Virus record (IMG/VR): IMGVR_UViG_2831971958_000015 | Reading direction: 5' to 3' (one strand) | Source of the DNA: an uncultured virus (IMG/VR IMGVR_UViG_2831971958_000015) | Lineage: Duplodnaviria > Heunggongvirae > Uroviricota > Caudoviricetes | Length of the DNA stretch: 64,000 nucleotides | Shown here: positions 55,858-64,000 of the stretch, one piece after another | Position numbering within the stretch: position 1 is the first letter of the stretch | How the letters are laid out: each line of letters begins with the position of its first letter | Translations under genes and position numbers: made by a program | The notes under the pieces: generated by a model | The model's database searches: none | Told to the model about the DNA's origin: nothing | The model's input: the letters and a program-made list of their open reading frames with translations, nothing else

Positions 55858-57231
55858 CTATCGTGTGGAAACAGAAAAATACAGTTTCTCGGCGGAATCC
55901 ACCGCATGCAGGCCGACATTGAAAAAAGTTTCATCCCCCTGGCTGCGGCTCTGGTCCACATAAAAATCTTCCTCCAGATTGATATTCATAATCGAGCCGT
56001 CCCCTCCATCGGATACCGGGCCATAGGAATTAAGCAGCTCCCGGCCCAACCCCTCCATAATGAGCCACCCATCCGGATCATTATTGAATTTGTTCGGCGG
56101 GAAGTTCAGGCGCAGATCCTCCGCAAAGGAATCATACACACGGATAACACGGTTTTTCGCATAATCTGAAGTCCGGTCCGTGGTAAAGTTGTGAAGAGAA
56201 TTGATATCATATTCGACAACAATTTTATCTTCGTCAGAACGGGAAAAGAAGAACTCTCCATTTTTGATCGCCTCGATTGCCTCCTCGTTGGACTTCACGC
56301 CAACAATGTCAATCGCCCCTGTGTACTCCACATAAGTGTTGGACTGTGTCTTGGAGGCTCCCGCCGTTGCCCCTGCCACCCATGCACACGCCTGAGCAAC
56401 CGTGAGCTGCTTGCCGCTTTCTGTCCCGTCATCCAGGATCACAGAATTTGTCACATTGATAATGCCCTCGAAATCGGCTTTGCAGTTCGGAAGAACCGCC
56501 TGCACATATTTGCCGACACTATTACGCAGCATTTTGATTTTGGCGATACACACTGTCTGCAAAGTAGTTTCCGTGATCGGGAAGCACATGGTATTCCACC
56601 GGATTTTTTCCACCTTATCCAGGAAACTGGTAACGGCAGAGTTCTCCGTTGTCCCATTGTCTCCACCCGCCAGCCGCAAAGATGCGATTGCTTTCAAATC
56701 GGTTTCTCCGGTAGTCGCCTTAAAAGTAACATACTTACCCACGGATGCCGCAACCAAATCCCCAAAGGTTTTCACTCCCTCATAAATCTCCACCTTCTCC
56801 GTGCCCATATAGACAGTTACATCAAACCCGCCCAGCACGTTCTCGGCAGATACAACAGAAAGATCATTGCCTCTGGTGCCAGGGTATGCCGCCGTTACCG
56901 TCAAACCATCCTCTGTGGTTGCTTTCGCCGCGATACCGGCATTGATGATATAGACATAACAGGTAATCGCATTTTTAAAGATCTCGCGCACCATCAGCAT
57001 AAAGTCATTTGCATCGTAAACGCTTCTGCCGAGCTTATGCAGGTACGCATCCGGGGAATCCACTGACAGCTTGATAAATTCCCCATTCGGCCCCCAGTCA
57101 TATCCGACAAAGGGAATCACCGCAATGCCACGGGTGGAACCCTTTGCTTTCTGCTGCCTCTTGGACTTTACATTGACATAGGTTCCGGGCCTGGTTTTTC
57201 CCACGTTGATGTCAAAATTTCCACCAGCCAT
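55858..57231 (-). CDS. Tail sheath protein (XkdK-like)
   Basis: MAGG.F..RPGTYVN, A.YPGTRGN, DINS, KNRVIRV.D. Confidence 0.92.
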   Translation of the reverse strand: MAGGNFDINVGKTRPGTYVNVKSKRQQKAKGSTRGIAVIPFVGYDWGPNGEFIKLSVDSPDAYLHKLGRSVYDANDFMLMVREIFKNAITCYVYIINAGIAAKATTEDGLTVTAAYPGTRGNDLSVVSAENVLGGFDVTVYMGTEKVEIYEGVKTFGDLVAASVGKYVTFKATTGETDLKAIASLRLAGGDNGTTENSAVTSFLDKVEKIRWNTMCFPITETTLQTVCIAKIKMLRNSVGKYVQAVLPNCKADFEGIINVTNSVILDDGTESGKQLTVAQACAWVAGATAGASKTQSNTYVEYTGAIDIVGVKSNEEAIEAIKNGEFFFSRSDEDKIVVEYDINSLHNFTTDRTSDYAKNRVIRVYDSFAEDLRLNFPPNKFNNDPDGWLIMEGLGRELLNSYGPVSDGGDGSIMNINLEEDFYVDQSRSQGDETFFNVGLHAVDSAEKLYFSVSTR

Positions 57232-57470
57232 TATTTTTTTACCTCCTTCTTTAACCATTCATCGATAAGGCGCTGCATCTCTGAGATGGAATATGATCCA
57301 TTTTCCTTACCGATAGTTGCTCCGATAAAAGTGCTGGATGTTACATGAAACAGCCTCATGCAATTTTCTTTCAGCACCTCATACGGAAATTTTCTTTCAT
57401 CAGAAGTTTTTGCGGGCTCTTCTGCCGCCCGATCTGCCACATTTTCCTCCGTATTCCTTGTTTTGGCCAC
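57231..57470 (-). CDS. Small tail-region protein
   Basis: ORF just before the sheath gene, as in PBSX-like phages. Confidence 0.65.
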   Translation of the reverse strand: MAKTRNTEENVADRAAEEPAKTSDERKFPYEVLKENCMRLFHVTSSTFIGATIGKENGSYSISEMQRLIDEWLKKEVKK

Positions 57471-57471
57471 G

Positions 57472-57927
57472 TCAATCCTCCTTTCCTACCGGCAATCCAT
57501 TCATAAAGATATCTCTGGCAAGAGTAACTTCCTTTGCATCATATCGTGTATGCCGGTTCCATGATAATTCCATTTGATAAACGCCATTTTCTACCTTTTT
57601 CAGCTTTGGCATATTTACACGGAAGCTTCTGCCAGTCTGTTTCCCGGTTTCATCCACCAGCGGCACTTTCCTCCGCTTTCCCATAATCGCCTGCAATACC
57701 TTTTCACCCATTTCATAAGCTGCCATTGTGGAATGATTTATGAATTTGATATACATGGCGAACTCGGTCATATAAGCGTTTACCGAAAATCCGGATGCCG
57801 CCGGCGTTGGAGTAGGATAAAATACGCAAGGAATTACCATATCCAGCGGCACCTCTTCAAAATATGCCTGTGCCGTAATAATCCCGGCCACGAAATAGTA
57901 AATTGCCGCAATCTCATATTCCAACAT
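57472..57927 (-). CDS. Tail terminator (XkdJ-like)
   Basis: Y.E.VP....PC.F.P; position. Confidence 0.7.
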   Translation of the reverse strand: MLEYEIAAIYYFVAGIITAQAYFEEVPLDMVIPCVFYPTPTPAASGFSVNAYMTEFAMYIKFINHSTMAAYEMGEKVLQAIMGKRRKVPLVDETGKQTGRSFRVNMPKLKKVENGVYQMELSWNRHTRYDAKEVTLARDIFMNGLPVGKED

Positions 57928-57943
57928 GTCCTCACCTCACAGA

Positions 57944-58474
57944 CTATAAAAAGTCCGAAAAAAATTGTCCTAACCACTGTTCTATTTTCCGTTCCATGAA
58001 CTGCGGGGCCATCCTCTCCATGAGCCTTATGGCATCGTCAAAGTAATGACTACCCTCTATCCATTTCTGTTTTAACAGCATTCCTGTTTTAGCTCCGGGC
58101 TGATATATAAATCTCTCTCCCTGCCACTCCCCGGGCACCCACCGCATATCAACACCTCTCGGATTCAGCCAGTGCCCGTCATTCACAAAAGACGCATACT
58201 CCACATTGGTGCCTACTTCTATCTGCAGACCGCCTTCCTGGGCAATAAAAACATTTCCCTCGCCGCTTTTCTGAAAGCTGTTCAAAAGCAGCCGGGTGTC
58301 TACCGAACCGGCCTGTATGATAAAATCCTGCACATAGGAAAGGAACTCAACCGCAATAGCATCCAGAAATCGGGAGAGCTCCTTTTCAAATTCTTTGCCA
58401 CGCCCGGCCTGATTCAGCCTTTCTATAAAACGCCTCAACTCCGTAGTGTCTATGCTCACATACCTTCCTGCCAC
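57944..58474 (-). CDS. HK97 gp10-like protein (XkdI-like)
   Basis: VDT..L.NS, GTNVEYA..VN.GH, W.EG. Confidence 0.85.
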   Translation of the reverse strand: MAGRYVSIDTTELRRFIERLNQAGRGKEFEKELSRFLDAIAVEFLSYVQDFIIQAGSVDTRLLLNSFQKSGEGNVFIAQEGGLQIEVGTNVEYASFVNDGHWLNPRGVDMRWVPGEWQGERFIYQPGAKTGMLLKQKWIEGSHYFDDAIRLMERMAPQFMERKIEQWLGQFFSDFL

Positions 58475-58836
58475 TAAATCGCCCCCTTGACTTTCCCTTT
58501 CCGTTGGATCTGCACAATTATGTGATGATCCCGGATATTTCGCGGAACTTCCGCATAGTAGGAAATCCCGCTGCCAAGGTCAACGATTTTGTCATTTACC
58601 CGGACGTCTGTTCCGTAAGGCAGATTCAGCTTTCCAACCACGACATATTCATTGGCATCCTCCGTCTGTTCTAAGGTTCCCGTATCCGACACATTGAAAT
58701 GGCATGGGATGGAAGCCTCGTCCGGCTCCATCGGATAAGAAAAACTATCCCCGTTTATTCCATACCCCAGGCTTTTGCTGTCCTTTTTCATATGGTATAT
58801 TGCACACTTGTGATCCAGCAAATTTTCAAACGACAT
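58474..58836 (-). CDS. Head-tail protein (XkdH/DUF3599-like)
   Basis: LL.H.C.IYH, PCHF, PR.IR.HHI. Confidence 0.8.
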   Translation of the reverse strand: MSFENLLDHKCAIYHMKKDSKSLGYGINGDSFSYPMEPDEASIPCHFNVSDTGTLEQTEDANEYVVVGKLNLPYGTDVRVNDKIVDLGSGISYYAEVPRNIRDHHIIVQIQRKGKVKGAI

Positions 58837-58846
58837 CCGGCACCTC

Positions 58847-59239
58847 CTACAGCTTCCGCAGTTTCATAACCACTTTACCATGATCTTCCGGCAGAACATA
58901 TTCCTCCAGCATTGCGCCAAGCCCCAGGCTGTCTGCAATGTCCGCTCCCACATCAACGGTATATGAATAATCGTCAAATGTCTCTGAACTCAGTGCTCCC
59001 TCTCTCTGCACTATCGCCTGCTTCGCATAGGCCTCTGCAAGAAGGATGACTGCCATCGTCACATCCGATGGCAGCCCGCTCTCATATTCCTTTGAATCAA
59101 AATTGTTGTGCGTATGGAAGATTACATATTTTTCTGCCCTGGCTATATCATAAGCGAGCTGGGTGTCAGTTCTGGCCTCGACCTTTGGAGATGACGTGTA
59201 ATCCCGAATCTGTTTGGGTTCTATCCAAGGTCTTTTCAT
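58847..59239 (-). CDS. Head-tail connector (DUF3199-like)
   Basis: V..R....L..DI..AE, SE.FDDYSYT. Confidence 0.75.
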   Translation of the reverse strand: MKRPWIEPKQIRDYTSSPKVEARTDTQLAYDIARAEKYVIFHTHNNFDSKEYESGLPSDVTMAVILLAEAYAKQAIVQREGALSSETFDDYSYTVDVGADIADSLGLGAMLEEYVLPEDHGKVVMKLRKL

Positions 59240-59247
59240 GCTCCCCC

Positions 59248-59583
59248 CTATTCTTCGGAAGCCAGCCGCGCAAAAGCATTTATGTCCATTCCACTCTGAA
59301 TCCGCTGGATCCGCTCTTCATTGTTCTTGCAGTCCGAAACATCGATACCCTGAGCCTCTGCAAATGCAATCAGCTCATCTTTCTTCATCGAAGTTATATT
59401 GGCAGATTTACCATCCGGAGCCACAGGTTCAGGATCTATGGGAACCGTATCTACAGCCTCAAATCGGCCGGTTTTCATAAGCTTTTCAGCAACATCATCC
59501 TCGACATCCATAACTTTTCCTTTCCTGCATGAAATGCCTTTGGCGACATAGGAAAGCCCTGTCTTCAAACATACTTTTCTCAT
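59248..59583 (-). CDS. Head accessory protein with HeH-like domain
   Basis: SM.KDEL...A...GID. Confidence 0.6.
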   Translation of the reverse strand: MRKVCLKTGLSYVAKGISCRKGKVMDVEDDVAEKLMKTGRFEAVDTVPIDPEPVAPDGKSANITSMKKDELIAFAEAQGIDVSDCKNNEERIQRIQSGMDINAFARLASEE

Positions 59584-59596
59584 AGCGCCACCTCCG

Positions 59597-60661
59597 TTAT
59601 GAAAGATCCGTAAGAAGCGCCGGAAGGTTTGTGATCATTGCCGTGGCCTCGATCTCCTCAATGATCGCATCGAAGTCAAAGTGGATCACATAAAATTTCT
59701 TATCCTTCCGGATTGCCTCTACAGAAGTTTCATCTTTCCGAATCTTCATCGTGTAGGTGTTAACCTGGACAAAATTCTTCGGATTGGAAAGGATAACGGT
59801 ATCATCCGGCATCATAGGAACGCCCATAGAAGGAATTCCCACGGGGCTTTTATATAAGCTCTCAGGGACGGCACCTCCGGCATTGATAACCTTATTGAGC
59901 AAGAACAGCTCCCACTGCTGCGCCCTGGTCGGACTCATCATCCAGCGAAGCGTTCCGTCATTGAATCTGGTTGGCATAGAGGCTACTGCCCTATAGAACA
60001 TTTCAAGTTCCATTTCTTTTGCCCCAGAGGCATCAATGATGTGGCTGCCGCCAAGAATCTTGATAACACCGTCATTCTGGCCAAGAAATACCTTGTCTGC
60101 AGCATCTCCGATCCGTTCAGCCTCTGCCGCATTCCATGCTCCCGCAGCATGGTTTACCCGAAAGCGGTATAAGCCACCGGCCTCTGTTACGCAGTCACCC
60201 GCCTTGTAAGCCGTACTGGCGGAAAAGGCTTCTGCCGCAGTTGCGTTTTCCTCTCCATTGAGCAGAAGATCTTCCGAATCGACACCGACCTGCTTCGTCA
60301 TGAGATTGGTTACGACATCATCCATATTTTCGCCCTCGATATTCTGCCGGAGCGTTTCATTGGTGATATCCCAGTCAAGCCTTGTCGCTTCGCAGGCATA
60401 TTTGACTACCCCGAATGTGGGGCTTGCGGTTACGCCGTCAAATGTATTCTCTACCTTCGGGCGGAGCAGTCTGTGACCGATACCGATCTTGTCAATCTCG
60501 CCTGATTTTTCCGTCCGTGTCACATGCCGGATAGCCTGCTGGAAAGGCGTGGCCTCAAAGGTCTGCACTAAAAACTTCTTAGCCTGATACGGGGTAAGCA
60601 GGCCGTGTGAGACCGAATCAGTTGTTATTGTATTTTTGATGATCTGTGCATTAGTTGGCAT
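59597..60661 (-). CDS. Major capsid protein (XkdG-like) with CBM-like insertion
   Basis: GLL.P.QA..F, EIDKIG, L..NIEG, D.EDL..NG, NPKN. Confidence 0.9.
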   Translation of the reverse strand: MPTNAQIIKNTITTDSVSHGLLTPYQAKKFLVQTFEATPFQQAIRHVTRTEKSGEIDKIGIGHRLLRPKVENTFDGVTASPTFGVVKYACEATRLDWDITNETLRQNIEGENMDDVVTNLMTKQVGVDSEDLLLNGEENATAAEAFSASTAYKAGDCVTEAGGLYRFRVNHAAGAWNAAEAERIGDAADKVFLGQNDGVIKILGGSHIIDASGAKEMELEMFYRAVASMPTRFNDGTLRWMMSPTRAQQWELFLLNKVINAGGAVPESLYKSPVGIPSMGVPMMPDDTVILSNPKNFVQVNTYTMKIRKDETSVEAIRKDKKFYVIHFDFDAIIEEIEATAMITNLPALLTDLS

Positions 60662-60681
60662 AATGTTCTCTCCTCCTTTTC

Positions 60682-61989
60682 TTAGACAATGCCGTGCAGG
60701 TAGTGCTGCTCCTGCTTTTCAACGGCTCCCGCTGCGTCATTGAGATTGCCGGGGATCGCCCTGCTTTTCATCACAGGCTCCAGCGCTTTCATCACAGGCT
60801 CCATGGCCTTCTTGATCTCTTCCCCTACCATCTTTGCTACTGCATCAGCCGACATATCTCCGGCGGGTGCCACGCTTCCAGATGCCGGAGGTTCGCTTCC
60901 GCCCTCCCCCTCCCCCTTAGTTACCGTGGCAATTGCTTTCAGCTGCTCCACAACGGGATCCATGGCCTTTTTCACTTCTTCGGCCACCACTACCTTTACT
61001 TCTTCACTTGTCATGTCAACATCCTCCTTCTGAACATTATTTGTTTCCGCCGGTTCCTCCTGGAAATCTGCCAGAAATGAACCGAGCGTATCATAAATGC
61101 CTTTGATGGCACTTAGATTCTTTGCACTGAGACTCTTACCCTCTTTATGGATGGGGGACGGAGCCGCCTTTGCGGCCTTTTCCAATGACTTCACGATACT
61201 TCCATCCGAAGTAAGAAGCTGCGTAACGATATCATTGAAATCCTCCAGTGCCTCCCGGATGGTGCTTTCATCGGAGTTATAACCCCATTCCCACATGCCT
61301 GTGTCCGGATTATAAAAATTCCCTTCCAGCGTGCTTCTGAGCGCATACCATGCAGAATAAAAATTATCCTCTTTTACTCTGCGCTGGAAATTCGCTTTTA
61401 CAGCGCCCTTCTCCACCACATCAAATCCCATTGCTTTAGCCAGGCGCCGGAGCAATCCTTTGGGTTCATCCCTTTTTTCAACGGGAAGCTCTACATCTTC
61501 TTCGGAATACACGCCCATTCCTCCCATGGAAAATCCTGTGATATCCCCTTTCTGTATAGCTTCCCACACATCGGTATCACTGATCTCCATAGTCATGATC
61601 CATGTACCCTTTTTGATGGCCTCGCCTTCGATCTCCATGTCGCACTTCGCAACATAAGATTCCACCACAGCGGCACCATCGCATTTTTCAAAACAGTGCT
61701 GCAGATCCACCTGGTTTCCATTCTTGGCAAACCAATAGGCAGCTTTTGTAATTTCTTCTTCCGTCATGTAATTGCCCTGGGTATCTTCCACCATAGGCTC
61801 ATACACAATTCCGGTTACAAAGTGACTGTCTGCATCAGCCTTCAGGATCCGTCCGAATGTAGCGAAATTTGCAGCTCCATTCTCAGATTTGGTAATCAGG
61901 AACTGCTTTTTATTCGCAGCCTTATTTACCAGAGACACAAAGCTGATCTTTGCGTCTGTAATTGCGTATGCTTTCGCAATCCGCGGCAT
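60682..61989 (-). CDS. XkdF-like prohead serine protease/scaffold
   Basis: VSLV.KAAN, GIVYEP...D, EI.KAA..F, D.QH, KGTW, ITGFS.GG. Confidence 0.9.
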   Translation of the reverse strand: MPRIAKAYAITDAKISFVSLVNKAANKKQFLITKSENGAANFATFGRILKADADSHFVTGIVYEPMVEDTQGNYMTEEEITKAAYWFAKNGNQVDLQHCFEKCDGAAVVESYVAKCDMEIEGEAIKKGTWIMTMEISDTDVWEAIQKGDITGFSMGGMGVYSEEDVELPVEKRDEPKGLLRRLAKAMGFDVVEKGAVKANFQRRVKEDNFYSAWYALRSTLEGNFYNPDTGMWEWGYNSDESTIREALEDFNDIVTQLLTSDGSIVKSLEKAAKAAPSPIHKEGKSLSAKNLSAIKGIYDTLGSFLADFQEEPAETNNVQKEDVDMTSEEVKVVVAEEVKKAMDPVVEQLKAIATVTKGEGEGGSEPPASGSVAPAGDMSADAVAKMVGEEIKKAMEPVMKALEPVMKSRAIPGNLNDAAGAVEKQEQHYLHGIV

Positions 61990-62068
61990 AATCTCATACC
62001 TCCTTCCACTACTATCATTGATTCAATATCCAAAATTCCCGCGCTCCCTCCCTTCCTAAAAAATGCAA

Positions 62069-62100
62069 CAAAAAAGACACCCTTTCGGATGTCTCCTTTC
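62069..62100 (-). terminator. Terminator after the toxin-immunity pair
   Basis: AGACATCC-GAAA-GGGTGTCT plus T-tract on the minus strand. Confidence 0.6.
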
Positions 62101-62108
62101 AGAATCCC

Positions 62109-62366
62109 TTATGCGATTTTATCTTCAAGCTCTCCGAGCGCATTATAAACATCATCCGTCATAAATTTTCGGTAAATGCTCTCAAAGCACCCTGAAACTA
62201 CTTTAAGATCCCCGGGTTCCATTTTATCCAGATAGGACAGTATTGCGTCCGCATCTTCTCCAAACGCTTCCATAAGCGGATTGATAAGATGCTTCCCTAT
62301 GTCCATGCCCTGGGTATCTGTTTCCTTCCACCACTTAACCAGGCTCTCTATTCTGTTTTCATCCAT
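62109..62366 (-). CDS. Candidate immunity protein
   Basis: 85 aa acidic ORF starting 1 bp after the toxin stop, with GAGGTG RBS. Confidence 0.7.
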   Translation of the reverse strand: MDENRIESLVKWWKETDTQGMDIGKHLINPLMEAFGEDADAILSYLDKMEPGDLKVVSGCFESIYRKFMTDDVYNALGELEDKIA

Positions 62367-62367
62367 A

Positions 62368-64000
62368 TCAATCACCCACCTCTCTTTGCGCCGCATCCGG
62401 AAAGACCGTATCTATATTGTGCCCCGCATCCTCGAATATACCTACCGTTACGCCGTCAAACTTTTGGAATTTGCGATATCCAATGATATCTCCAGCATCA
62501 TTCCGAATTTCTTCCGTGATCGCCGGCCGATTTGCGGTGTACGTCCCTGCCACGGTAATCTTTTCCGTATCCCAGCTTTCTGGAAACCAGGATTGCCCTG
62601 ACTGTCCCAGCCTTTTCTCCGGTGCCGTATGGTTTTCCACCCCGCCTATACGGACACCATTGTCATATGCCATTTCAATGTTGTATGCAATCCCTCGGTT
62701 TGAAAGCTCGTTGAGATTTGCCTGCGAGTGCCCACCACCCGTCATGTTGCCGCCATTTCGCCCGCCGGCCGGTTTCTTCGGATTCGCAAGGTTGGAGAAA
62801 TCTCCCACCGTTGAATGCCTTGCGGCTGAGCTTCCTACAGTTAATATACCATCTTCCCGCAATTCCTGCAATGTGGATTTTTTAATCTTTCTCAGCATTT
62901 CATCACTGTCGATCAGCCCGGCGTCATAAAGGGCCATTTTTGCCTTTCCGAGATATTTGATCTGTTTTTCTCTCGGCTTTTCCTTAAAGCTTTCAAGCGC
63001 AGAATAGGGTGTTATCCCGGCCTTTGCCTTATTCTGTTCATCCAGTTCCTTTTTCCATGCGCCATCATCCTCCTCAATATATTTTTGCTGAAGCTGTCGC
63101 CGCTCCTCCAGGCTCATTCCGAGAGCATCATCTGCCGCAACTCCCCTATGGATACAATGGCAATTCACAGTTTCGCTGGCAGGGAGGATTGGATCTCTGG
63201 GATACATGGGATGATAGACAACACCATCTCTCCCCTGTAATTCAAACGGTTTATCCTTTGGAACAATCTGGCCGTCCATATCTACATGATTTGGGCGAGG
63301 CTTATTTTTATGTGCCCCGGTATGCCGCCATTCCTTCCGATCCGTAGATGGGCTTTGCTGAATCGCCTCTTCTCTGGCAACCGAATGTGCCCGCAGCACT
63401 TCGGTAACAGCTACCCGCCGTGCCTGGTAATGTTCATTCCGCCAGCCTCCATCCATTATTTTCCGCGTAAGTGTCTCAATGCTTTCTCCCTGATCTATAG
63501 TTCTCTGGATAATATCCGTTATCTGTTGATGGGTATTTATTTTCATCAGCTGTCCCAGCCGCTGGCTCCATGAGGCAATCCAGCTTTTTGTTCTCTGCCG
63601 GATGACATCAACAACCAGGTCTCCGTCTGTTTCCTGCATATAAACCGTTGCCAGCTTAGGAACCTCTGTTTGGAACATATCTGCAGCGGCTTCCTGAACC
63701 TGCTCCGCAATATCATCTCCGTCAAGCATTTCAGATACTTTTTTCTGCGCCGCAGCCCATCCGGAATCCTGTTCCGCCGCCAGTGCTTCCACAAGATCAT
63801 CTGTCTGGTTCTGAAGCGTTTCCGCTATCTCTTCCTGCATGGCATTGATTACCTCGACTGAATCTTCTGCATCAGCATACCCTTCATCAGCCAACACATC
63901 CGACAATTCATCATCAGCTTTTGCAAGATACTTGTCTATGGCCTCTATGATTCCATCGGCATTTGATATGAGAGCTTTTGCAATCGCCTGGTTATATTTT
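62368..64000 (-). CDS. MuF minor head protein with C-terminal EndoU-type toxin domain (start beyond window)
   Basis: RARR.A.TE, KEW.H, PR.NH...DGQ, NCHC; C-terminal GGGH, SWFPESW, DTVFP; frame open to the window end. Confidence 0.85.
   Translation of the reverse strand, partial: KYNQAIAKALISNADGIIEAIDKYLAKADDELSDVLADEGYADAEDSVEVINAMQEEIAETLQNQTDDLVEALAAEQDSGWAAAQKKVSEMLDGDDIAEQVQEAAADMFQTEVPKLATVYMQETDGDLVVDVIRQRTKSWIASWSQRLGQLMKINTHQQITDIIQRTIDQGESIETLTRKIMDGGWRNEHYQARRVAVTEVLRAHSVAREEAIQQSPSTDRKEWRHTGAHKNKPRPNHVDMDGQIVPKDKPFELQGRDGVVYHPMYPRDPILPASETVNCHCIHRGVAADDALGMSLEERRQLQQKYIEEDDGAWKKELDEQNKAKAGITPYSALESFKEKPREKQIKYLGKAKMALYDAGLIDSDEMLRKIKKSTLQELREDGILTVGSSAARHSTVGDFSNLANPKKPAGGRNGGNMTGGGHSQANLNELSNRGIAYNIEMAYDNGVRIGGVENHTAPEKRLGQSGQSWFPESWDTEKITVAGTYTANRPAITEEIRNDAGDIIGYRKFQKFDGVTVGIFEDAGHNIDTVFPDAAQREVGD

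Larger units (their letters stand above)
36801..64000 (-). mobile_element. Prophage 2: PBSX/Xkd-type contractile-tail phage (continues beyond window)
   Basis: MuF, XkdF/G/H/I/J/K/M/N/O/P/Q/R/S/T/U-like genes in canonical order, DGR, lysis genes, morons. Confidence 0.92.

Overview
This window holds two different temperate prophages, both mostly on the minus strand, separated by a ~0.8 kb knot of nested mobile-element remnants. The host is probably a Lachnospiraceae/Clostridia gut bacterium (inferred from gene types). Prophage 1 (<1..35978, ~36 kb) is an HK97-head siphovirus with no tyrosine or serine integrase. It has an intact IS30-family DDE transposase at one end, and an IS30-type 26-bp terminal repeat plus a stand-alone IS30-type HTH gene at the other. 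It has inserted into an IS630 transposase gene. It also carries what looks like a rolling-circle replicon (HUH Rep, CTTGATA nick motif, candidate antisense RNA), ParA/ParB with two identical palindromes (candidate parS), a tRNA-like element, a candidate type I toxin-antitoxin cassette and a complete diversity-generating retroelement (DGR1; 11 of 11 TR/VR mismatches at adenines). The 35979..36800 junction contains an IS630 5' fragment, another IS-like end, the C-terminal stump of a tyrosine integrase and a guaA-like att core. Prophage 2 (36801..>64000) is a PBSX/Xkd-type myovirus. It has an unrelated second DGR (DGR2; 15 of 15 mismatches at adenines), an amidoligase + gamma-glutamylcyclotransferase moron, an XRE/GIY-YIG pair, a capsid protein with a carbohydrate-binding-like insertion, and a MuF-EndoU toxin with a candidate immunity gene. 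An exact Illumina P7 adapter plus poly-A at 31307..31343 is an assembly artefact. All protein family calls come from motif recognition by eye; no searches were run.
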